From: Candidatus Poseidoniales archaeon
GTDB taxonomy: Archaea > Thermoplasmatota > Poseidoniia > Poseidoniales > Poseidoniaceae
NCBI GenBank assembly: GCA_038150305.1
Contig: JAYOTG010000003.1
Location: 2,893 to 66,892, forward strand
DNA: 64,000 nt
Direction: 5' to 3'
The position numbers were made by a program, and so were the translations under genes. Shown here one piece after another: positions 54,369-63,008 of this stretch. The stretch's first letter is position 1, and every line of letters starts with the position of its first letter. Under the pieces are notes generated by a model, which made no database searches, was not told the DNA's origin, and saw nothing but the letters and a program-made list of their open reading frames with translations.

Positions 54369-55601
54369 TCATGCCGTTAACATGGCCCAGCCGGCCCTGA
54401 GGGCCAGCGGCCGGAAGGACGGTACCTTGCGGAGCATCTCGATTCCAAGAGGAACAGGGTGCTCGATGTCACCAAGCCTGTTGATCATCGCTGTCACTTC
54501 GGGTTGCGCAAACACCGCCACGTGACGCTCCAGCGTGTCGTCATCGCTTTCGGTCAAGAAGAGGTTTCTGAGGGCTCTCGCCCGGGTTTGATGACGCTTC
54601 AGATCGTCCCATGGCCGGGCGATTTTTTTCAAAGCGGTCTCCGAGAGCAGGTCGGCGTGGACGGCTTCAGCCAAGGCATCAGCCACCATGCTGACCTGTT
54701 TGAAGCCGGGTCCTATGCCGCCTCCTGTCGTCGGCTTCGCCAAGCCAGCCGCGTCGCCGAACAGCATGGCACGTTCCCTGACTGGCCGCCGAACCATGCC
54801 GCCGGGGATGGGGCCACAATACCGCGCGACGATTTGGCAGTCCGCGAACCGCTCGGCGTGGCGCGAGGTGTGCATGAGACCGTGCAAGAGCGCTTCAGGT
54901 GATGCATGTTCCAGGCGGTCGGGTGACGACCAAAGCCCAATTCGATGTGTGCCGAAGCCCGTTGGAATGGCCCATGCAAAGAAACCTGGGGCAATGGCCT
55001 CGCCTGTGAACATCTCAAGCCAGCGATTATCGGTATGGAACCCCGTGACCTCGACTTGGTTTCCGATCATGATTTCCTTCGGTCTTCCGCTGCGCAACCA
55101 GTGCCGAACGCGGCTGTGGGCGCCGTCTGCGCCAACCAGCAGGCGGCAGGTGGTGGTTCCGGTGGACGCGCCTTGCTGGTGATGAACCCGCCAACCCTTG
55201 CCTTCAACTGGCAAGACTCCCGTCGCTTTCGTCGAAAGCAACAACCTGCTTCCTGCCTTGATGGCCTGCTGGACGACGCCCTCATCGAACCTGTTTCTAC
55301 ACACGGCACTGGTTCGGGTCTCTCCGGGAACACCTACAGTGACGGATGCCCGGTGTGGTCCGTGAATCGTGGCGCCATCGATGTCTTGGAGCACGGTGTG
55401 TTGCAACCCCACTTGAGCCATGGACCACGGGTTGACCAAGCCGGCGCACTGGAAAGGTCGGCCGATGGACGCGTGCTCTTCCATCAACAAGACATCGACG
55501 CCCCGTTCAGCGAGAACGGTGGCCAACCGTGCACCGACGGGGCCGGCGCCGACGACGATGACGTCGTGGTCCATGGCGTGAATCCGGGGGGTGTACCCCA
55601 T
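54369..55601 (-). CDS. Geranylgeranyl reductase family FAD-dependent oxidoreductase (digeranylgeranylglycerophospholipid reductase-like)
   Basis: DVIVVGAGPVGARLATVLAERGVDVLLMEE (Rossmann FAD motif), LLVGADGAHSRVR and FGDAAGLAKPTTGGGI. Start could instead be ATG 55574 (MDHDVIVVGAGP). Confidence 0.85.
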   Translation of the reverse strand: MGYTPRIHAMDHDVIVVGAGPVGARLATVLAERGVDVLLMEEHASIGRPFQCAGLVNPWSMAQVGLQHTVLQDIDGATIHGPHRASVTVGVPGETRTSAVCRNRFDEGVVQQAIKAGSRLLLSTKATGVLPVEGKGWRVHHQQGASTGTTTCRLLVGADGAHSRVRHWLRSGRPKEIMIGNQVEVTGFHTDNRWLEMFTGEAIAPGFFAWAIPTGFGTHRIGLWSSPDRLEHASPEALLHGLMHTSRHAERFADCQIVARYCGPIPGGMVRRPVRERAMLFGDAAGLAKPTTGGGIGPGFKQVSMVADALAEAVHADLLSETALKKIARPWDDLKRHQTRARALRNLFLTESDDDTLERHVAVFAQPEVTAMINRLGDIEHPVPLGIEMLRKVPSFRPLALRAGWAMLTA

Positions 55602-55613
55602 GAAGCATACGCT

Positions 55614-58355
55614 TCATTCCTTCTTTGCGAAGCGGTAACGCACCTGTTGTGCTTTGTTCAGGTAGAGGATGGCGGTGAACGGGTTGCCCTTCTTTGAGAT
55701 GAGGTCGGAAAAGGGCCCAACTTGCCCTTCGGTGATCAACGTGGCTGCTTCTTCACGGGTCAACTCGCGCTTTGAGATTTCACGGGCGATCTGAATCTTG
55801 CATCCGGTCCCGGCTTCTTCGGGTTGGTAATGCGTCGGGGTTTCCACAATCGCGGCATTGGTCTTGGGGCAAACCGCGACGACGCCGGGTGTCACGTCAA
55901 ACTTCGTTGCATCTGCTGCGGCCTGGCGCGGCGGGAAGTCGTATTCGATTTTCTTCCCGTTCAGGACCAGGTAGGCGCTGAAGGGTTTTCCTCGTCGAGA
56001 AATGAATCCCTCAAGGAGGGCAGATCGTCCATCCGTCAGGATGGCTCGTGCTTCTTCGACCGTGATGGGCCGCTGGCACATTTCGGCCCGAATGCCGCGG
56101 AACGTGCATTCATCGCTGTCGCACGCATACCCGTCGTGACCTTGTCGCACGGTGCCTGATTCGCAGACTGGACAGGTTGCAATCGGCTCATCGGTGATCT
56201 CAACGCTGCCTGCGCCGTTGCCCTTCGTGGTGACCTTTCCTGCGTCGCTCAGCGTCACCGACGCGGCGTATTCCTCACCCGTCCGGCTGAAGAATCCGTG
56301 AAGGTCGTCGAGGGCCTTGGATTCGATGAGGCGAGCAGCCGTGCTTCGATCAAACCATCGACCTGAGGTGTCCTTCCAGAAGATGAAGTTACATCCTTCA
56401 TCCGCACCCAAATTGGCCACGCACTGGTAGGCCAAGGTGGTCTCACGAACCGGCTCGTTGCAGGAGGGGCATGCAGCGATGTCATCTTCGTCCGCGTACA
56501 ACACAGACCTGTCATGGTCTTTGATCCGATGCACCATCGTGCTGGTTCGCTCGATGATGTCGTTCATGTATGCGCTTCGTTCGACCTCACCCCGCTGAAC
56601 CTGCAGCAAGCGGTGTTCCATCTCTCCGGTCAACTCGGGCGAAGTGATCCAATCCACGCCAATACGGCGAAGCATGTCGATGAGTCGCATGCCAATGGCG
56701 GTGGCGCTAAGCTGCCCGCTGCGTGCGCGCCTGATGTAATTCCGATCGATGAGCTTCTCGATGGTTTCGGCGCGCGTGGCTGGCGTTCCAAGCCCCGTAT
56801 CCTTCAGCGCTTCAGAGAAATCGTCGTCCTCGACGTGACGTCCGGCGTTCTCCATGAGCGAGAGCAAACGAGCTTCCTTCAAACGACTGGGCGGCTTTGA
56901 CATCTCTTCGTGGAAGGTCACATCATCGAGGCTTCCTTCTGCTCCAGTCGAGACGTTCCCCCACTGTTCAGGGATGCTTTCCTTCTTGGTTTCGATGTGG
57001 CGGAAGCCTGGGTCAACGAGGTGCTCCACGCTCTTGACGAAGTCTTGGGACCCCGCCGTAGCGGTCCGCGTTTCGACCCGCCATGTTGAGCGGTCGGACC
57101 ATGAGGCAAGGAAGCGCCGGGAGATCAGGTCGAACAGCTTGGCATGGTCCGCAGGAAGCGCCTCGCTTGGCAGCACGCCAGTAGGGACGATTGCGTAGTG
57201 GTCGCTGACTTTCGCGTCATTGAAATTACGGTCCGTGTTTCGAAGACCCTCGGATTGCAGTCGGTTCACGTGGGCGGAATATTCCTTGATGTCGCCCAGC
57301 GTTTCGATGATTTCGTTCACCTTTTCCGTCATGTCAGAGGGCAGGTACTGGGAGTCTGTACGCGGGTAGGTGGTGACCTTGTAGCGGTCGTAGAGGTCTT
57401 GAGCGACGCTGAGCGTCCTGCGTGAGGGCCACGACCAAAGGCTGTTGGCTATGCGCTGCAAACTCGTGAGGTCAAAATTGAGTGGGACGCGCTCGTGCTT
57501 TGGTCGCTCCTCAACGGTGACGGTGATGGATTTTGCTGCCGCAATGTCAGTTTCGACGGCGTTCTTCTCTTCCACGTCGAGGATGCGATTGGCCTTGTAT
57601 TCAGGCCGGTTTTCATCCGACGTGTGATCGCGTCGAATCCAGCGCGCCGACCATACCGAATCGCCAACATGGACGTCAGCGGTAATGTTCCAGAAGGGCT
57701 CTGGCACGTAACTGAGAATTTTCTTTTCTTCGTCAGCGATCATGGCCAGAGTAGCGGTTTGGACCCGGCCGAGGCTGATGGTGGTGCGTTCACGTCGTCC
57801 CTTCAGGAAGGTGTTCCCGACACGTGATCCGTTCATGCCGATGATCCAATCGGCTTCAGAGCGAGAACGCGCAGCGGCCCCCAGGTTGTCGTATGTCCCG
57901 CTAGGTTGGCGTCCTTCCCACGCCGTTTGGATGGCACCAGCGGTCATGGATTGAAGCCACATCCTTGACGTGGGTGCCTTGGCCTTTGTGTGCTCGATGA
58001 TGCTCCTGAAAATGAGTTCACCCTCGCGGGCGGCGTCACAGGCATTGACGATCTCGGTGACGTCTTTGGCCGAAACGCGCTTCTTGATGGCGGAGAGGAC
58101 CTTCCTGTTTCGGCCACCTTTTGCCTTGTACTCGAAAGGATCCGGAACGATGGGAAGCCTGTCGATGGTCTTCCTCCAGTTCTTGAATTCCGGGTCATAG
58201 TCCTCCGGGAACTTCTGTTCGACGAGATGGCCGATGGCCCACGTGACAACGAGTTCGTCGCCCAACCACGCGTCGTCGGCTTTTTTTGTCGCGCCAAGGA
58301 CCTTGGCGATGTCGTCGGCAACGCTGGGTTTCTCCGCGATGACAACGACGGTCAT
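55614..58355 (-). CDS. topA: Type IA DNA topoisomerase (TopA / topoisomerase III-like) with multiple C-terminal Zn ribbons
   Basis: MTVVVIAEKPSVADDIAKVLG (Toprim), active-site Tyr motif VTTYPRTDSQYL, and C-terminal CPSCNEP...C, CPVCESG...C and CPKT...C fingers. The track ORF extends to 58514, but ATG 58355 gives the canonical N-terminus. Confidence 0.92.
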   Translation of the reverse strand: MTVVVIAEKPSVADDIAKVLGATKKADDAWLGDELVVTWAIGHLVEQKFPEDYDPEFKNWRKTIDRLPIVPDPFEYKAKGGRNRKVLSAIKKRVSAKDVTEIVNACDAAREGELIFRSIIEHTKAKAPTSRMWLQSMTAGAIQTAWEGRQPSGTYDNLGAAARSRSEADWIIGMNGSRVGNTFLKGRRERTTISLGRVQTATLAMIADEEKKILSYVPEPFWNITADVHVGDSVWSARWIRRDHTSDENRPEYKANRILDVEEKNAVETDIAAAKSITVTVEERPKHERVPLNFDLTSLQRIANSLWSWPSRRTLSVAQDLYDRYKVTTYPRTDSQYLPSDMTEKVNEIIETLGDIKEYSAHVNRLQSEGLRNTDRNFNDAKVSDHYAIVPTGVLPSEALPADHAKLFDLISRRFLASWSDRSTWRVETRTATAGSQDFVKSVEHLVDPGFRHIETKKESIPEQWGNVSTGAEGSLDDVTFHEEMSKPPSRLKEARLLSLMENAGRHVEDDDFSEALKDTGLGTPATRAETIEKLIDRNYIRRARSGQLSATAIGMRLIDMLRRIGVDWITSPELTGEMEHRLLQVQRGEVERSAYMNDIIERTSTMVHRIKDHDRSVLYADEDDIAACPSCNEPVRETTLAYQCVANLGADEGCNFIFWKDTSGRWFDRSTAARLIESKALDDLHGFFSRTGEEYAASVTLSDAGKVTTKGNGAGSVEITDEPIATCPVCESGTVRQGHDGYACDSDECTFRGIRAEMCQRPITVEEARAILTDGRSALLEGFISRRGKPFSAYLVLNGKKIEYDFPPRQAAADATKFDVTPGVVAVCPKTNAAIVETPTHYQPEEAGTGCKIQIAREISKRELTREEAATLITEGQVGPFSDLISKKGNPFTAILYLNKAQQVRYRFAKKE

Positions 58356-58377
58356 GAGTGGGTCGGCCCCGTCGAGC

Positions 58378-58806
58378 CTACTTGAACGATGTTGTGACCT
58401 GCCGACTCCGCCAAGCCTCCTCGTCCCACGAATCCTCCAACCCAGGTCCACCGCATCCCAAGCAACCCGGATATCCCGCCTCGAGCAGTGAGAGCGCCAT
58501 GGCTGCAACGTCATGAAAACTCACGCTGAGTGCACCCTTCGATTGGAACAACAACGTTCGCACATCATGGGACAAGTCCCAAGCCACGAGGAGAACATCC
58601 GCTTCCGCGTTCCAAATCAGGGTATTGTGCGCGGTACGGACTTCGGGAAGCAACAACTGAGCAGGATTCGCGTTGCTGATGGCAGAGACCAATCGATGTG
58701 CAGTGTCCAGATCATTTTCATTGACGTCCATGACCACCTTTCGCGTGCGCAGGATGCGCCTTGCGGCCTCCCTGACCGCCGGCCATCGCACGTCATCTGG
58801 GCGCAT
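58378..58806 (-). CDS. Hypothetical protein upstream of topA
   Basis: The ORF is open to 58893, but that start would overlap the divergent pyrD start. The in-frame ATG at 58806 (MRPDDVRWPAVREAARRIL) avoids the overlap. No motif recognised. Confidence 0.5.
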   Translation of the reverse strand: MRPDDVRWPAVREAARRILRTRKVVMDVNENDLDTAHRLVSAISNANPAQLLLPEVRTAHNTLIWNAEADVLLVAWDLSHDVRTLLFQSKGALSVSFHDVAAMALSLLEAGYPGCLGCGGPGLEDSWDEEAWRSRQVTTSFK

Positions 58807-58859
58807 ATCACCACCACAAGCCCGTAAGGCTTGAAGGATGCCCGTGAGCGAGGGTGCAC

Positions 58860-59930
58860 ATGGGTTGGCCATACCGTACCTTCGTGCGGCCAATTCAGCG
58901 GCTCCAGTCCAGCGAAGGAGCGCATGGCCGGGCCTTGCGGATGCTCAGGCTTGCCTCCGCGACGGCACCAGGACGAGCCATGCTTCGTTTGCTCTACCGA
59001 CCTAAGAAAGGTGAGGCCGTTCAGGTGTGGGGCTTGGACTTCCCGAACAGATTCGGACTCGCTGCAGGCATGGACAAGCGTGCTGAAGCCCTTCGTGGCT
59101 GGTCCAGCATCGGGTTTGGCTTCATTGAGATTGGCGGGGTGACCATGCACGCGCAAGCGGGGAATCCGAAGCCTCGCATGTTCCGTGACGACCGCTCACG
59201 CTCGCTCATCAACCGGATGGGCTTCAACAACGACGGGTCTGAGGCGGTGGCTGAGCGGATTCGTCGGCACATTCGCCAGAAAGGCCCCTTGCCTTGTCCT
59301 CTTCTGGCGAACCTCGGGAAATCAAAGATCACGCCAAACGAAGAGGCCCTGCTGGACTACGCGACGTCGATGGGACGCTTGCACGACGTCGTTGACGGCT
59401 TTGTCGTGAACGTCTCTTCGCCGAACACGCCGAACCTACGTGACCTCCAACATGAAGAGGCGTTGAAGGGATTGTTGGAGGGCCTCGCCCTCAGGTTGGA
59501 CGGCTTGAACAGCGGTCACTCAACCCCCCGGCCCATGCTGGTCAAGTTCGCACCGGACCTTTCCGAAGGAGCCCTGCTTCGCATGGTGGATGTCGCTCGT
59601 GCTGCCGGTGCCGATGGTGTGGTGTTGACCAACACCACCGTGCAGAGGGAGGCTCCAACCCATCCCGCTCAGGCCGCATTTTTGGCGGAATCTGGGGGCC
59701 TTTCTGGGGCTCCGCTCAAAGACCGTAGCACGGCGATGATCCGTGCGGTGCATGAGCACACCAACGGGACATGGCCCATCATTGGCGTTGGGGGCATTTC
59801 CACGGCAGCGGACGCCCGTGAGAAATTGGAGGCGGGTGCCACGCTGCTCCAGGCCTACTCGGCCTTTGTTTTCGAAGGGCCCTCCTTGGTCCGCAACGTC
59901 GTGGACGGTCTGGGAAAAACGTCGCTTTGA
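58860..59930 (+). CDS. pyrD: Dihydroorotate dehydrogenase (quinone), class 2
   Basis: GLAAGMDK, FIEIGGVT, LINRMGFNNDG, NVSSPNTPNLRDLQ and IIGVGGIST. The N-terminal helices (WPYRTFVRPIQRL...AHGRAL) align with the class-2 membrane-association domain, so an early start is required (ATG 58860 or GTG 58854). Confidence 0.92.
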   Translation: MGWPYRTFVRPIQRLQSSEGAHGRALRMLRLASATAPGRAMLRLLYRPKKGEAVQVWGLDFPNRFGLAAGMDKRAEALRGWSSIGFGFIEIGGVTMHAQAGNPKPRMFRDDRSRSLINRMGFNNDGSEAVAERIRRHIRQKGPLPCPLLANLGKSKITPNEEALLDYATSMGRLHDVVDGFVVNVSSPNTPNLRDLQHEEALKGLLEGLALRLDGLNSGHSTPRPMLVKFAPDLSEGALLRMVDVARAAGADGVVLTNTTVQREAPTHPAQAAFLAESGGLSGAPLKDRSTAMIRAVHEHTNGTWPIIGVGGISTAADAREKLEAGATLLQAYSAFVFEGPSLVRNVVDGLGKTSL

Positions 59931-59955
59931 TAGCGGGCTCCTTCGACCGTTGGAC

Positions 59956-60342
59956 ATGCTGACCCGCCGGGTCAAATTGCTCCTCGTCGGGGCGGCCATC
60001 ACCGTGGGCCTTTTTGCAACGCTATTGGTTGATGCCCCCGCGCCTACCATGACCGTGGACGATCTGCTCGCGGAGGCCAGGGACGGCCGTGATGTCGCTG
60101 TGCGAGGCGAGGTGTTGGACGGCAGCATCGACAACGGGACGTCGACCTTCGTTTTGGAAGGCGAGTCGACGACGTTGACCATCTCCTTCCTCGACGCGAC
60201 CGTTTCCAACGGCTTGGGGGACAACCGCACCGTGTATGCCGAGGGCACGCTCAAGGAAACCGAGGGAGGTTGGGTGCTTGAAGCGACGACGATCAAGACA
60301 TCTTGCCCTTCGAAGTACGAAGAAGAAACGACGACTGATTGA
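59956..60342 (+). CDS. ccmE: CcmE-like heme chaperone, archaeal CxxxY variant
   Basis: 128 aa. MLTRRVKLLLVGAAITVGLFATLL (basic N-terminus plus TM), OB-fold-like VAVRGEVLDGSIDNGTSTFVLEG...VYAEGTLKE..WVLEATTIKTS, then CPSKY, where bacterial CcmE has HDENY. Confidence 0.65.
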   Translation: MLTRRVKLLLVGAAITVGLFATLLVDAPAPTMTVDDLLAEARDGRDVAVRGEVLDGSIDNGTSTFVLEGESTTLTISFLDATVSNGLGDNRTVYAEGTLKETEGGWVLEATTIKTSCPSKYEEETTTD

Positions 60343-60347
60343 AATAG
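60339..60347 (+). promoter_or_regulatory. TATA-like element (TTGAAATAG) upstream of the SRP RNA
   Basis: AT-rich nonamer overlapping the ccmE stop, centred about 26 nt upstream of the proposed SRP RNA 5' end. Confidence 0.35.
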
Positions 60348-60367
60348 AGTCAGCATGACCCGCCATC

Positions 60368-60672
60368 GGGATAGGTGGGGGGCTCGGCGTACCCTGTACC
60401 GCACATCGTCGTTATGGCGGACCGAATGCCCCGGGGCGGCGAACCCGACCCGTGGTCTCCCGCTTGCGGACGTTGATGTCTCGCCCCCACATGACCCGGG
60501 TGCCATGAACCGTCTCCGGAGGGAGACGGGAATCGGATAACCGGGGGAACAGGTCAGGCCGGGAACGGAGCAGCCCTACCTGGGGCCATGGGTGCTGTGG
60601 GGACCCGGGACGGAGGAAGCGAGCGGACCAGGGCCATGGGGACGAGCGTCCACCCGGGGCGCGCCCACCTCA
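60368..60672 (+). ncRNA. Signal recognition particle RNA (archaeal 7S, about 305 nt). Ends approximate, +/- 5 nt.
   Basis: The helix-8 signature CAGGUCAGGCC-GGAA-CGGAGCAGCC (60550-60575) has a GGAA tetraloop closed by G-C and the conserved symmetric-loop residues. Alu-domain-like 5' end GGUGGGGGGCUCGGCGUACCCUGUACC. The 5' GGUGGG (60374-79) pairs with the 3' CCCACC (60664-69). The short ORFs listed here in the track are spurious. Confidence 0.9.
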
Positions 60673-61158
60673 CACATCGAGCAAGACATCGGCGTACCAA
60701 GCCGGTCCCTGAAGTGCAGGCATGCCCTCTCCTCGCCCTGGCAGGACCTCACCCTGTGCGAGAGACGACAACGTGAGGCCGTGGCTGCTGACCGCCTTGA
60801 CTTCAACGCCGCGCTCGAGCTCGTCAGCGGCCACGTACGTGACCATGGCATGCACTCCAGCATGATCTCTGTCCCTCGTCAGTTGTACTTCTGCGCTGAG
60901 CATCCATCGCCCTTGTGTTTGGGCTTGATACAGCACTTCGTCAAGCCAAGCGAGCAGGAGGACGTCATCGTCCACGCGTCCATCCGTCGTCTTCAACACC
61001 GCATTCCACTCGCCATGCATGAGGCGTGATGTTGGCGTCCCGGTCACGTCCATGGCGCCCAAAAGCCCGAGTCCGGCCTCTGCAAAAACGCGTTCCTTGG
61101 TTGGCGCCATCGCACGCAGGCCGAGGTCTGCCGTGGTCGGCCAGATCCAGTGGCTCAC
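60670..61158 (-). CDS. Archease (RtcB activator/chaperone)
   Basis: 162 aa, GTG start. The N-terminal WPTTADLGLRA corresponds to the HTAD.G.R motif. The C-terminal VEVKAVSSHGLTL...PAWYADVLLDV matches the archease C-terminus. Confidence 0.8.
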   Translation of the reverse strand: MSHWIWPTTADLGLRAMAPTKERVFAEAGLGLLGAMDVTGTPTSRLMHGEWNAVLKTTDGRVDDDVLLLAWLDEVLYQAQTQGRWMLSAEVQLTRDRDHAGVHAMVTYVAADELERGVEVKAVSSHGLTLSSLAQGEVLPGRGEGMPALQGPAWYADVLLDV

Positions 61159-61162
61159 GTGC

Positions 61163-62224
61163 TCACCGCTTCGAAATTTGCAAGTTCCAGGCGGTTTCCC
61201 TCATCCGCTCGATGAGATCGTCTCTGGTCAAGACGAATCGCTCAGTTCGATCCGCACCGAGGATGCATTCGGAAGCGGCGTTGGCAAGGAGGGCGGTGGC
61301 TTGTACGTCTAATCCAGTGGCCACAGCTGCGGTGATGGCGACGGCCGCCGCATCGATGAGCCCGATCATCTGCTTCAGTTCAGTCAGCGTGCAATCCACG
61401 TGAGCGTCTTCGCCTTCACGGCTGTAGATGGTCACGCCGGTCGAACCTTCCAGCACAAGGAGATGACCCCAGCCATGCTCGGCGAGGAGACCATGGGCGG
61501 CCTGAGCAGGGTTGTCTGCGCCGAGCCTTCGCCGCATCAATTCCAAGCCTTGGGATTGCATCACGACCCATGCCACGCCTTGGGTGCGATGGAAGCCGGT
61601 CAGCTTCGGATCGGCGATGACAGGCACCCCTGATGCGTTGGCGCGCTCGATCAACCGGGCAGCGCCTTCGTCGGTCACCACGCCTTGTCCATAATCGGAA
61701 AGAATGACTGCAGCGGCTCCGTCCACTTGTTCACACGCCATGTCATACATCGCATCCAGCGCCTCGGATGGCATGGGCTCATCGGCTTCAATGTCCCATC
61801 TGAGCATCAATTGTTCATCGCGAACAAGGTTCTGGCGGGTGGCCAACAACCTCGTTTTGACCGTCGTCGTACGGCCTTCGACGATGCTGATGGTGTCGGT
61901 GTTGACGCCTTCTTCTGTGAGATAGTCAAGGACGCTCACGCCTGCTCCGTCATCACCAACCACGCCAAAGAGGCATGGATTCAGTCCCAGCGATACCAAG
62001 CCGCGGGCCACGTGGGCTGCTGCTCCAACGGCCTCCTCTCGACGTGTTTCCTTGAGCACAGGGACCGGAGCTCTGGTGTTCAAGTTGTCCGCGAATCCGT
62101 GGATGTAGCGATCCATCATGATGTCGCCCACGAGAACGACGTTTTTGGACGGCAAGTTGGCAAGGGTCGCAATGATGTCGGTCAAACGGTCATGCGCATC
62201 CATTTCCGAATCCGTCATTCCCAT
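61163..62224 (-). CDS. PfkB-family carbohydrate kinase (RfaE/HldE kinase-domain-like)
   Basis: VVLVGDIMMDRYIHG...NTRAPVPVLK resembles the HldE domain I N-terminus. Also ILSDYGQGV and a C-terminal GLIDAAAVAITAA anion-hole-like segment. Confidence 0.7.
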   Translation of the reverse strand: MGMTDSEMDAHDRLTDIIATLANLPSKNVVLVGDIMMDRYIHGFADNLNTRAPVPVLKETRREEAVGAAAHVARGLVSLGLNPCLFGVVGDDGAGVSVLDYLTEEGVNTDTISIVEGRTTTVKTRLLATRQNLVRDEQLMLRWDIEADEPMPSEALDAMYDMACEQVDGAAAVILSDYGQGVVTDEGAARLIERANASGVPVIADPKLTGFHRTQGVAWVVMQSQGLELMRRRLGADNPAQAAHGLLAEHGWGHLLVLEGSTGVTIYSREGEDAHVDCTLTELKQMIGLIDAAAVAITAAVATGLDVQATALLANAASECILGADRTERFVLTRDDLIERMRETAWNLQISKR

Positions 62225-62245
62225 GGTGGACGTCCTGCGCCCACA

Positions 62246-62959
62246 TCATTTCATCATGTCGTGGAGGACCGTGGCCACGTGGGCGTTCAAGGACGGACCA
62301 AACGGCCCGAGTTCTGTGCGTAAGGTGGTCAGCAAGGCCTCCTCATCGACGGAGATCACGCCGTCGCTGAGGGCCATGTCCAAGCAGGACAAAAACACGG
62401 CTTCGACGGCGTCGAGCTTCGCCGGGTTCGGCCATGTCGTCGCCCGGCTTTGTTCGATGAGCAGATGGAGGTCTTCGGGCGCACAACCGAGCAACCGTGC
62501 TGCAAGTTGGATTGGATGCGCTTTCAGGTCGTCCCCCTCGCTCTCCTTCTCCCTTGCGCCGGCCGTATGGAGTTCCACAATGCGTCCTGCATCGACCAAA
62601 TCCAACACCATCTCGCGCCCGTTGACCGTGTCGATCACCGCGCTTTGGTGGTGCTCACGAAGACGCTTGACCTCCTGCTGTCCCGTCGCTGACAACACGT
62701 ACACACGGAGGCGTTGGCGATGGCCATCCACACGTACGAGTTCGAGCGTAATCCATCCTTCTTCCACGAGACGACGAAGGGCGCGTGGAACGTGCTTCCG
62801 CTGAATGCCGATGGCGGTCGAAATCCCGGTCTGCGTTTGATGTTCTGGCGAATCTGCGCGACCTAGAGGGTCCATCCGTGCAAGATGAAACAGAAGCCGC
62901 TCGAGCACGGGAAGACCTTCGACGGTGGTTCCCATGTCCGGGAGGCCCCTTGCTGGCAT
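62246..62959 (-). CDS. Winged-helix transcriptional regulator with a C-terminal helical (TerB-like?) domain
   Basis: 237 aa. The wHTH-like segment is TQTGISTAIGIQRKHVPRALRRLVEEGWITLELVRVDGHRQRLRVYVLSATG. The C-terminus has ALSDGVISVDEEALL. Confidence 0.55.
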   Translation of the reverse strand: MPARGLPDMGTTVEGLPVLERLLFHLARMDPLGRADSPEHQTQTGISTAIGIQRKHVPRALRRLVEEGWITLELVRVDGHRQRLRVYVLSATGQQEVKRLREHHQSAVIDTVNGREMVLDLVDAGRIVELHTAGAREKESEGDDLKAHPIQLAARLLGCAPEDLHLLIEQSRATTWPNPAKLDAVEAVFLSCLDMALSDGVISVDEEALLTTLRTELGPFGPSLNAHVATVLHDMMK

Positions 62960-63008
62960 AGGAATCTTCCTCCGTTTCGTCTATGTGGGTGGGCCGGCAG
63001 GCGTGAAC

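Noticed and set aside
59520-60863. Reverse ORF 59520-60506 (328 aa) and several 60-145-aa ORFs on both strands across 60355-61029.
   Set aside because: They overlap the pyrD 3' end, ccmE and the SRP RNA. The region 60368-60672 is explained by a structured RNA with the conserved helix-8 motif. The remainder is antisense to archease.
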